DNA of 30,150 nt from Verrucomicrobiota bacterium (GTDB lineage Bacteria; Verrucomicrobiota; Kiritimatiellia; JAAZAB01): contig JBDRSI010000224.1 of assembly GCA_043825055.1 (NCBI GenBank), positions 1 to 30,150 of the forward strand, written 5' to 3'. Within the stretch, counting starts at the first letter, position 1. Every line of letters starts with the position of its first letter. Positions 1-7,084 of this stretch are shown here, in pieces. The translations under genes and the position numbers were made by a program. Below the pieces are notes generated by a model. That model had not been told where the DNA came from. It worked only from the letters and a program-made list of their open reading frames with translations, and made no database searches.

Positions 1-1
1 A

Positions 2-1495
2 AAACTAGAGCCCTTCGGCGAGTTCGAACCGGCGGCCTTGCAGACCCTGAAAGCGCATGGCATCCATGTGCGCCTGTATTTTGCGTCGCCGAAAAAACCC
101 CTGCCCGCGCCGGAAGGGGCCGTTGTGCGCGTTCTCCGCCGGACGAGGCGTGGGACCTGGTTCGCCGTGATTTCCCGTGAGGCCGTCCCGGTGGCCGCGG
201 AAGAGCAGGCGCTCCCGGACACATCGTTTGCCCGGATCCAACGCGAGTTGGCCGATGGGGATCGTGAACTCGCGGGTATTGGCAACGAATTCGAGCGGCT
301 CAGCGCCGACCGGGCGGTGATCGCCCAGCGGGTGAGCCACCTGGAGGAACAGGTAAAATTCATGGAAGTCCAGGCCGGTATGGGCGCGAATGGGCCGGTG
401 GTCTATCTCCAGGGCTTTTGCCCGGAATTCAGTGTGCAAAATATTCGGGACCAAGCCCGCGTGAGTGGCTGGGGCCTGCTGATCGAGGAGCCGGTTGAGT
501 CCGATCCCGTGCCGACCCTGATTGCAAACGTCTGGTGGGCGCGTCCGGTAAAGGCGGTTTTTGACATGCTGGGCATCCTGCCCGGTTACCGGGAGATGGA
601 TGTCAGCGTTGTGTTCCTGGTGTTTTTCAGCGTATTTGTTGCCATGCTCGTTGGCGATGGCGGCTATGGCTTGCTGTTCCTGGGCTTGACCGCGCTCTTG
701 CGCTGGAAGTGGAAAGCGGCGCCGAGCAACCTGCTCCCGCTCCTTGGGATTCTGAGCGTGGCTACGATGATCTGGGGGGTCTTGACCGGCTCATATTTCG
801 GCATCCAGAACCTGCCGGCGCCTTTGAAGCAGTGGAAGATCGAATGGTTAGGGCATGAAGCCAACCTTATAAATCTGTGTTTTTTACTGGGCGCGGCGCA
901 CCTGACGGTGGCGCATGCCTGGAATGTGATTCGCCAGCGGCACAGCGTGACGGCCATCGGACAGGCGGGTTGGATCGGCTTGGCCTGGACCATGTATTTT
1001 ACCGCCAGCTATTTTGTGCTCGATCGGCCCATGCCGGGTTTTGTGGCGTGGTTGTTTGGGATCTCGCTGGTCGCCGTGGTGCTGTTCCTGATTCCTTTCC
1101 GTCAGTTGAAAACAGGGTGGCAAAATTATTGCGTCCTGCCCTTCACGGTAATAGGGAACTTTGGCGACGTGATTTCTTACATGCGGCTTTACCTGGTGGG
1201 CAGCGCTTCGGTGACACTTATCCTGGCGTTCAACGAATTGGCGATAGGCAAGGGCGTTGACAGCGTCTGGGCGGGCCTGGCGGCGGCGCTGATTATCTTC
1301 GCCGCCCATGTGCTGAACATTTCCTTGTGTGCGCTGGCCGTGCTCGTGCATGGCGTGCGACTGAATGCGCTTGAATTCTCCAGCCACCTGGGTCTTCAAT
1401 GGGCCGGAATCAAATACGCCCCCTTTGCCAATACATCAACCCCGCGAAACGCGGGGCAAGCCATCAACTTTATCACGCGTCGCGCGGGACATTAA
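2..1495 (+). CDS. atpI: V/A-type ATP synthase subunit I (a), 5'-truncated by the window edge
   Basis: The frame is open to the window start (KLEPFGEFEPAALQT...). Family motifs YREMDVS..F..FFSVFVAMLVGDGGYG, GDVISYMRL and HGVRLNALEF; multiple TM helices; followed by a subunit K gene. Confidence 0.95.
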   Translation, partial: KLEPFGEFEPAALQTLKAHGIHVRLYFASPKKPLPAPEGAVVRVLRRTRRGTWFAVISREAVPVAAEEQALPDTSFARIQRELADGDRELAGIGNEFERLSADRAVIAQRVSHLEEQVKFMEVQAGMGANGPVVYLQGFCPEFSVQNIRDQARVSGWGLLIEEPVESDPVPTLIANVWWARPVKAVFDMLGILPGYREMDVSVVFLVFFSVFVAMLVGDGGYGLLFLGLTALLRWKWKAAPSNLLPLLGILSVATMIWGVLTGSYFGIQNLPAPLKQWKIEWLGHEANLINLCFLLGAAHLTVAHAWNVIRQRHSVTAIGQAGWIGLAWTMYFTASYFVLDRPMPGFVAWLFGISLVAVVLFLIPFRQLKTGWQNYCVLPFTVIGNFGDVISYMRLYLVGSASVTLILAFNELAIGKGVDSVWAGLAAALIIFAAHVLNISLCALAVLVHGVRLNALEFSSHLGLQWAGIKYAPFANTSTPRNAGQAINFITRRAGH

Positions 1496-1516
1496 CCATC
1501 AAAAAAAAGGAATGCT

Positions 1517-1966
1517 ATGACACCGGAACAGATTACATCGTTTGGCAAACTGGGTGGGGCGGCCATACTGGGTCTTGCGGCCGTGGGTTCGGCGTTGGGC
1601 GCCGGCGCCGCCGCGCTGGCGGCGATCGGGTCGTGGAAAAAGTGTTATGCCCAGAACAAGCTGGCGCCGTTCATGCTGGTGGCCTTCATCGGCGCGCCGC
1701 TTTCCCAAACCATCTATGGCTTCATCGTGATGCTGCAGATTGTGGCGGCGGCCAACAAAGGCACATCCGCGGAGGCCCTGGTGGGCGTCGGTATTTTTGG
1801 CGGGTTGGCCATGGGCGCCTCGGCCTGGCAGCAAGGCAAGGCCGGCGCAGCCGCCTCCGATGCCCTGGCTGAAACCGGCCAAGGTATGGCCAACTATTTC
1901 ATGGCCATTGGCGTTATCGAGACTGTGGCCCTGTTCACGCTGGCGTTCATGCTGAAAGCCATATAG
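1517..1966 (+). CDS. atpK: V/A-type ATP synthase subunit K (4-helix c subunit)
   Basis: 149 aa, four hydrophobic segments, APLSQTIYG, QQGK and a single acidic IETVALF motif in the last helix. RBS AAAGGA upstream. Confidence 0.95.
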   Translation: MTPEQITSFGKLGGAAILGLAAVGSALGAGAAALAAIGSWKKCYAQNKLAPFMLVAFIGAPLSQTIYGFIVMLQIVAAANKGTSAEALVGVGIFGGLAMGASAWQQGKAGAAASDALAETGQGMANYFMAIGVIETVALFTLAFMLKAI

Positions 1967-1982
1967 TTGAGTTGCTAAGGTT

Positions 1983-2024
1983 CATGCATAGGAATTTTCC
2001 GCCGAAGGCGGATCCGTCTCCGGC
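1983..2024 (+). repeat. CATGCATAGGAATTTT motif followed by a small palindromic element CCGCCGAAGGCGGATCCGTCTCCGGC
   Basis: The 16-mer 1983-1998 is the exact reverse complement of 13681-13696. Hairpin CCGCC-GAA-GGCGG at 1999-2011. Lies between the convergent atpK and deaminase genes. Confidence 0.65.
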
Positions 2025-2498
2025 TTACATGTTCGTGCGCTTAAACCGCCGACAGCGGATGCCGGCAGTTTTGAGTAGGCGCGCGGCCTGTGCGCTGAAC
2101 TGGTAGGGCGATTCAAACACCACTTCCTTGATCCCCGCAGTCACGATCATTTTGGCGCAGAGCAGGCAGGGGCTGTCCGTGCAGTACAGGGTGGCACCTC
2201 GCAGGGCCACGCCGTAGCAGGCCGCCTGGATGATGGCGTTCTCCTCGGCGTGGGCGCAGATGCATTCGCCCAGGCGTTCGCCGGAGGGCGTATTGCTGGC
2301 ACAGCGGGGACATCCGCCCTCGAAGCAGTTCTTGATCCCGCTGGGCGTGCCGTTGTAGCCTGTGGAGATGATGCGCCGATCCTTGACGATGAGGGCCGCC
2401 ACGTCGCGCCGGCTACAGTTGCTCCGGCGCTTGACCACGTGAGCAATATCCATGAAGTATGTGTCCCAGTCGGGACGGGGCTTGAGCGGTCGTTTCAT
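2025..2498 (-). CDS. dCMP deaminase / cytidine-deoxycytidylate deaminase family protein
   Basis: RPDWDTYFMDIA N-terminus, TGYNG, Zn ligands HAEENA and PCLLC. Start reassigned to MKRPLKP at 2498. Confidence 0.9.
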   Translation of the reverse strand: MKRPLKPRPDWDTYFMDIAHVVKRRSNCSRRDVAALIVKDRRIISTGYNGTPSGIKNCFEGGCPRCASNTPSGERLGECICAHAEENAIIQAACYGVALRGATLYCTDSPCLLCAKMIVTAGIKEVVFESPYQFSAQAARLLKTAGIRCRRFKRTNM

Positions 2499-2639
2499 AA
2501 TTGCAGGATAGACCGCAGGGCATTTCCGATCAAGGCCATAATTCAGAGGGTAGCAGTCAAATTGCTTAAAAGTCAGTAAGCACAAACCGGCCCGGAACAC
2601 AGCCTGCCAGAGATCAGACACCGGATACCAGAGGGGCTA

Positions 2640-3047
2640 TTAATCGAATTTACCGGCGGCTTCCGGCTGATAAATGACTTCCATCACTTTCAGCCGCCGG
2701 GCTCCCGCCGGCACTTCCCATGTGATCGTATCTCCGACTTTATAGCCGATCAAGGCGGTTCCGATGGGAGCCAGTATTGAAATTTTATGCGCGGCGGTAT
2801 CGGCCTCGTCCGGAAACGTTAGGGTGTAAGTCATATCTTCCTGCGTATCCAGATCTTGCAGGCGTGCCTGGGAATGCATCGTGATGACATCCCCGGGGAT
2901 CTTATCGGATGGCACAATCGTGGCACGGGCCAGTTCCTGTTCCAGCGACTGGAGATAGGCCTGATCCTTGCTTATGGCTTTTTCCCCTTGCGACATCATG
3001 TCGTGCAGACGGCGAAAATCATTTTCGGTAATGTATATATGTTGCAT
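2640..3047 (-). CDS. rnk: Regulator of nucleoside diphosphate kinase (GreA/GreB-family Rnk)
   Basis: IYITENDFRRL, LEQELARATIV, DVITMHS, ISILAPIGTALIGY and VIYQPEAAG; short N-terminus without the Gre coiled coil. RBS AGGAGG. Confidence 0.9.
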   Translation of the reverse strand: MQHIYITENDFRRLHDMMSQGEKAISKDQAYLQSLEQELARATIVPSDKIPGDVITMHSQARLQDLDTQEDMTYTLTFPDEADTAAHKISILAPIGTALIGYKVGDTITWEVPAGARRLKVMEVIYQPEAAGKFD

Positions 3048-3215
3048 GAATTCATCCTCCTGATTTTCAATCCGCCCTTCAATTGAATGTTAGCAGGTCC
3101 ATGCAGAAGAAAGCAAGCCTTTTGATGCAATAAAGCGGTACGTGGAGCAGATCATACCGGCAGGTTCTTGCTCTCCTTATAAATCCCCGAATTGCGGTCG
3201 CGTTGCGCTTCAGCC

Positions 3216-3243
3216 TTGACAAGGGGCGTGGAAGGGCGACAAT
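3216..3243 (+). promoter_or_regulatory. Possible sigma70 promoter (TTGACA-16-GACAAT) for the hypothetical gene at 3254
   Basis: Perfect -35 but a weak -10; it would give an almost leaderless mRNA. Confidence 0.3.
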
Positions 3244-3253
3244 CAGATGGCAT

Positions 3254-3952
3254 ATGGAAATCAAACCCCATAATTTCTGGTATGCAGTGAACAACACCGA
3301 AGTGGTGGTGATGCCGACTAATTATCTGGAGACATTTGGCGCCACCCGTCTGCATTACCACCTGGTGAGCGAGCTGATGGATTCGGTCAATCGCATCCGG
3401 GTCCGGGAAGGGACCATTCAGTCACGTCAGCCGCAGATCATTACGCCGTCCTGCTATGCCAGTGAAATGCTGGAAGGGTTTGGCGAACAGGCCAGCCAGT
3501 ATATCGAATGGCTGCGGGAGCATGCCAAGGACCTGCGCGTGCTGGAGTACGGATTCAAAGTGCAAAAAACCGAGATCAGCGAACAGGTAATCACCGGCAA
3601 TGTGACGGAAATCCTGGACCAGGTGAAAAAAAGCGCCCAGGAGAAGAAGGATCCGCTGACGGGCGTCATTCTCGGCGTGGACGATCCGTGGGACGTCTGC
3701 CTGCTGAAATTCATGGTGGATGTCATTCGCCAATCCATACCGCGCAACATCCAGGACCTCAACCGCCATCGGCTCTGGGAAGATGCCAACGGCGTGCCCA
3801 AGGGGGTGCGTGCCGATATCGAGAGCCACTTCCTGATAGCCAGCCGGGATCCGGCACGGGTCAAAGCACTGGGTCTCAAACTGCGCCGGTACGGGCTGTT
3901 CGAGGAATATGAAGACCGCTTTTTTGCACTCGTTCGTCAGCAGGCGAAATAA
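3254..3952 (+). CDS. Hypothetical soluble protein (~232 aa), function unknown
   Basis: Long ORF with host-like GC3-rich codons and globular composition (WYAVNNTEV, LETFGAT, REG..RPQIITP). ATG at 3254 chosen over TTG at 3203. Confidence 0.8.
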   Translation: MEIKPHNFWYAVNNTEVVVMPTNYLETFGATRLHYHLVSELMDSVNRIRVREGTIQSRQPQIITPSCYASEMLEGFGEQASQYIEWLREHAKDLRVLEYGFKVQKTEISEQVITGNVTEILDQVKKSAQEKKDPLTGVILGVDDPWDVCLLKFMVDVIRQSIPRNIQDLNRHRLWEDANGVPKGVRADIESHFLIASRDPARVKALGLKLRRYGLFEEYEDRFFALVRQQAK

Positions 3953-3984
3953 TCAAAACATTTTACCCGCGAAATCCACATCCC

Positions 3985-4299
3985 TTATTCCTGCCGGCCG
4001 GAGCGCGTTGCCACCATCATGGCCACCAGTGCCAGCGTCAACACCAGGATCCCAAACACGATGTAGCTGGCAAGAAAACCGTGATAGACCCGCGTATCTC
4101 CCGCAAAGTACTGCTCGCCGAAAAGCAGGCCCCAGCGATACATGAAGATATAGGCTGTTACCAGGCCGATCCGGTTGATGCGGAACAACATGCAGATCGT
4201 CAGCAGGATGAGCAAAACCATCGCCTCCATGCCCGGGATGGAGATCATGGTGTGACTCAAACCGCTGGCTTGATACCACTGCCATACTTGATTAAGCAT
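3985..4299 (-). CDS. Small multi-pass membrane protein (104 aa, about 3 TM helices)
   Basis: Hydrophobic stretches MVLLILLTICMLF, IGLVTAYIFMYRWGLLF and FLASYIVFGILVLTLALVAMMV; co-directional with the two upstream genes. Confidence 0.65.
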   Translation of the reverse strand: MLNQVWQWYQASGLSHTMISIPGMEAMVLLILLTICMLFRINRIGLVTAYIFMYRWGLLFGEQYFAGDTRVYHGFLASYIVFGILVLTLALVAMMVATRSGRQE

Positions 4300-4362
4300 A
4301 AGACCATCCCGTGCAAAAGGAATGCGGCTGGAGCGGTCATCACCGCTGGAGCTACCTTCCTT

Positions 4363-5205
4363 TTATGGTGATTTTGGCGCCGTGAGCTCAACGGTTTCCG
4401 TCATGTGATGCAGGAGCTTGCCGGTTTGATCCCGGAGCGTGGCGTCAATTGTATAGGTGCCCGGCGCCAGCGCATCGGTGCTTTGTTTGAAACGATCCAC
4501 GGCCTGCGCTTCCGAGCCTTTGACCATAAAATTCAAGGCATTCGTTTGGCTAATGACAATTTCGCCTTTTCGCACGGCATATTCCACGCGGCATACAATT
4601 GCCTGGGGCAGGTCGTTACACACCCACAGACGATAGACCAGCGGCTGGCCGACCGTCAGCTTACGGTTCGGCGTCTCGATGATGATGGCGCGCGAGACAT
4701 CGGCAAAGCGGATGCCCAGAAATGCCGGGTACTCGCCGCCCTGTTTCCGTGCGGCCTCAAACCACCAGCCGGGCGCATCCCCGGCGCGTGGATCGGGCAG
4801 CGGGGCATTTGTCACAGCCGGCAGGCCGTTGATCCCCAGCGCGCTTATGTTAGTTGCCGCCGGTTGCGGTTCGATGGCAGGTGTCGAAACTGATAACGTG
4901 GCAACCTGGTTGGTGGTCGCGTTTGTTGCCGAGGCAGTGGTGGGGTCAGCACTGGCCGAGCCCGTTTCTGCGTTTGTTTCCGTGGCGGTGACTGCTGTGG
5001 TTTCCGCTGGGGCCACCAACGCAGAAGTGCCGTCAGAGGGCTGATCGTTCGCCACCGCCGGAGCGGTCATCACCGCCGGAGTGGCCACGGGCGGTTCCGC
5101 CTCCGGCGCCGCTTCCTGGGCGGTGACCGGAGCAACCAAAGTAAGCCATCCCATACCGAGCAACCCAATCATTATTGCGTGCCAGGGATTGGTTGTTATT
5201 AGCAT
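4363..5205 (-). CDS. Exported protein: signal peptide, Ala/Thr/Pro-rich low-complexity linker, C-terminal predicted beta-sandwich (Ig-like) domain
   Basis: Hydrophobic N-terminus ending VTA-QE, an A/T/P-rich region, then alternating beta patterns (LVYRLWVCND, CRVEYAV, LAPGTYTIDATL, TETVEL). The start overlaps the upstream stop (TAATG). The fold is inferred. Confidence 0.8.
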   Translation of the reverse strand: MLITTNPWHAIMIGLLGMGWLTLVAPVTAQEAAPEAEPPVATPAVMTAPAVANDQPSDGTSALVAPAETTAVTATETNAETGSASADPTTASATNATTNQVATLSVSTPAIEPQPAATNISALGINGLPAVTNAPLPDPRAGDAPGWWFEAARKQGGEYPAFLGIRFADVSRAIIIETPNRKLTVGQPLVYRLWVCNDLPQAIVCRVEYAVRKGEIVISQTNALNFMVKGSEAQAVDRFKQSTDALAPGTYTIDATLRDQTGKLLHHMTETVELTAPKSP

Positions 5206-5744
5206 TAACGCACAACCCTCTTGATGCCAGTCACGTTGCTATTAATGGTGGCCACGATCTTCGTGATGTTGGCCATATCGCTCTTTAAGCTGGTCACATC
5301 GCTCTTGATGCTGGCCACGTCGCTTTTGAAGCTGTCCGCCCCATCCGCCTCGCTCATGGAACTGGCCACGACGTTCTTCAAGTCGGTCAGGTTGCCTTCA
5401 AAGCTGGACAGACTGCTCTTTAAGCCGGCCATGTCGCTCTTGATAATGGACGTATCACTGGCCACGTCGCTCTTCAGGCTGGCCACGTCGCTCTTGATGC
5501 TGGCCGCGTCGCTCTTGGTAATGGACTTCAATTCGATCACATCGTTCTTGATGCCGGCCACGTCGTTCTTGATGCCGGTCATGTCGCTTTTGATGCCGGC
5601 CACGTTGCTTTTGATGCCGGCCACGTCATTCTTCGCGATACCCAGTTCTTGAAAAATTACTATATTCATTGCAAGACTGGCCACCAATAGAATCATGCCA
5701 AGACTGATACTTACAACCAACCCGATAGGCTTTGAGTTTGCCAT
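5205..5744 (-). CDS. Membrane-anchored heptad-repeat coiled-coil protein (KSDVASI-type repeats)
   Basis: N-terminal TM (IGLVVSISLGMILLVASLAMNIVIF) followed by many K-[SN]-D-[VM]-A-[GS]-[IL] heptads. ATG 5744 has AAAGGA 8 nt upstream; 5753 is the alternative start. Confidence 0.85.
   Translation of the reverse strand: MANSKPIGLVVSISLGMILLVASLAMNIVIFQELGIAKNDVAGIKSNVAGIKSDMTGIKNDVAGIKNDVIELKSITKSDAASIKSDVASLKSDVASDTSIIKSDMAGLKSSLSSFEGNLTDLKNVVASSMSEADGADSFKSDVASIKSDVTSLKSDMANITKIVATINSNVTGIKRVVR
5458..5631. repeat. Coding 21-bp tandem repeats (blocks 5458-5520 x3 and 5548-5631 x4; further degenerate units near 5270-5330)
   Basis: Units TTGATGCCGGCCACGTCGTTC / TTGATGCCGGTCATGTCGCTT / TTGATGCCGGCCACGTTGCTT / TTGATGCCGGCCACGTCATTC are directly adjacent, with no spacers. 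Confidence 0.9.
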
Positions 5745-5777
5745 ATTTGCCATCCTTTCATTGAAGGTAACTTGTTA

Positions 5778-5806
5778 ATTATGTCAAAATCGCTCAAACG
5801 TTGCAA
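5778..5806 (-). promoter_or_regulatory. Sigma70-type promoter for the 3-gene envelope operon
   Basis: Minus strand reads TTGCAA-17 nt-CATAAT with an extended -10 TG-n, about 35 nt upstream of the ATG at 5744. Confidence 0.55.
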
Positions 5807-5857
5807 GACTTTTTGCGTCACTCCAAAAAAACATTCGGCCGCGGTCGCCAACGACTC

Positions 5858-6979
5858 CTATTTCAACCCAAACATCTGTTCCTTAAGGTCGAGGTAATAA
5901 AGGTAATCGTCCGGCTTGACGTTAGGCGGACAGCGGTGATCGCAGAAGGGGATGTAACCGCCCCGTTCCACCAGCGGCACCAGGGTCTTCAGATAGGCCT
6001 TGATGGCCTTCGGGCCCTTGGCCAGCTCGATCTTGTCCACGCCGCCCATGATGTGCAGGTCCTTGCCGTATTCCTTCAGCAGTTCCGCCGGGTGTGCACA
6101 GCCGTTGACTTCGAATGGGAACAGGCAGTTGATGCCGCCTTCCAGAAAATAGGGCAGGATTGGCCGTACGTCCCCGTCGCAGTCACTATACCAGAGGTCA
6201 ATGTCGGCGGCATGCAGTTTTTTACTGAGGCGCTTATAGCGGGGCATGACCACATTTTTAAAGAAATCCACGGAAACGATCGGGCCGTTCTTGAAACAGA
6301 TGTCCTCCCAGTTCGAGGCGTAATCAAAATCCATGTGCGGCAGGACCTGGTCCAAATAATCCTCGACGAGCACGCAACAGGTTTCAACCATGTCTTCGAC
6401 CATCTCCGGGTAATCGTAGGTGGCGTAAGCCAGGCCCTCAAAGGTCAACATATCGCGAATCTTGCCAATCATGGATCCGCAATAAACGCCGAGCGCGTAA
6501 TCCCGGGTGGGCGGGTGCAATTGCTTTAGCCTGGCAATATCAACCTTGCGGGTGGGATCATCCCGGCGCAGGCGTTCGGCCTTACAGCGTTTCCAATCAT
6601 CGGGAGTCACGATGGAAGCTTTGATATAATGCGGAATCGTGTCGTGTCCGTCCTTGGGCACTTCGGCCAGCAGCCCGTTGCTGTTCATCAGGATGCGGGT
6701 GGTGGCGGTTTCGGAGACCACGCTCTCTGGAAATCCGGGATTCAGCCCGACCGTTCCGACCGTAACGCAGATGCGGTCGAAATTGAAGAAGATATCGGCC
6801 TCTTCGTTATTCGTGATGTGGTTTTCCACGAAAAGCGGCCACTGATGAAAGTTTTCTTCCCAGTAGCCGAATTCCATGTTGAAACAGCGGTCCACCGGCT
6901 GATAGTGCATTTGCCGGTTAAACCGTTCGCGGGCGGTCATGGTTCCTTTCCAGGCCGGGCGGCAGGGCTTGATCGGCAT
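5858..6979 (-). CDS. Uroporphyrinogen decarboxylase (URO-D)/MtaA-CmuA superfamily protein, not a canonical HemE
   Basis: MTARERF N-terminal motif, WEDICFKNGP, MPRYKRL, SDCDGDV, GGINCLFPFE, MGGVDK and GGYIPFCDHRCPP fit the URO-D-like TIM-barrel family. RBS GGAG upstream of 6979. Confidence 0.85.
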   Translation of the reverse strand: MPIKPCRPAWKGTMTARERFNRQMHYQPVDRCFNMEFGYWEENFHQWPLFVENHITNNEEADIFFNFDRICVTVGTVGLNPGFPESVVSETATTRILMNSNGLLAEVPKDGHDTIPHYIKASIVTPDDWKRCKAERLRRDDPTRKVDIARLKQLHPPTRDYALGVYCGSMIGKIRDMLTFEGLAYATYDYPEMVEDMVETCCVLVEDYLDQVLPHMDFDYASNWEDICFKNGPIVSVDFFKNVVMPRYKRLSKKLHAADIDLWYSDCDGDVRPILPYFLEGGINCLFPFEVNGCAHPAELLKEYGKDLHIMGGVDKIELAKGPKAIKAYLKTLVPLVERGGYIPFCDHRCPPNVKPDDYLYYLDLKEQMFGLK

Positions 6980-7047
6980 GATCTTTCTCCAAAGAGGTTC
7001 TTCTTAGCGCAGTAAAATGCACGATAGCATATTATCGCAAACAAATT

Positions 7048-7073
7048 CAACACCGAACGCCGAACATCGAATG
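7048..7073. repeat. Solo 7-nt periodic repeat arm (CAACACC GAACGCC GAACATC GAATG)
   Basis: Heptamer periodicity just downstream of the GH4 stop; no partner arm found. Confidence 0.35.
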
Positions 7074-7084
7074 CAGACCAAAAA

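Noticed and set aside
1999-2011. CCGCC-GAA-GGCGG hairpin as an intrinsic terminator
   Set aside because: There is no U-tract 3' of the stem on either strand; treated as a repeat element instead.
5458-5631. 21-bp repeats as a CRISPR array
   Set aside because: Units are contiguous with no unique spacers, are in frame within a CDS, and no cas genes are present.
5221-5652. Hydrophobic 143-aa plus-strand ORF with repeating MPATSLL units
   Set aside because: It is the antisense shadow of the heptad-repeat gene; the RBS, promoter and coupling all support the minus strand.
5858-6979. Calling this gene hemE
   Set aside because: It lacks the RQAGR motif of true uroporphyrinogen decarboxylases and has no tetrapyrrole gene context.
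7022-7037. CGATA-GCATAT-TATCG palindrome upstream of the URO-D-family gene as an operator
   Set aside because: Only 5-bp arms and a single occurrence; not distinguishable from chance.
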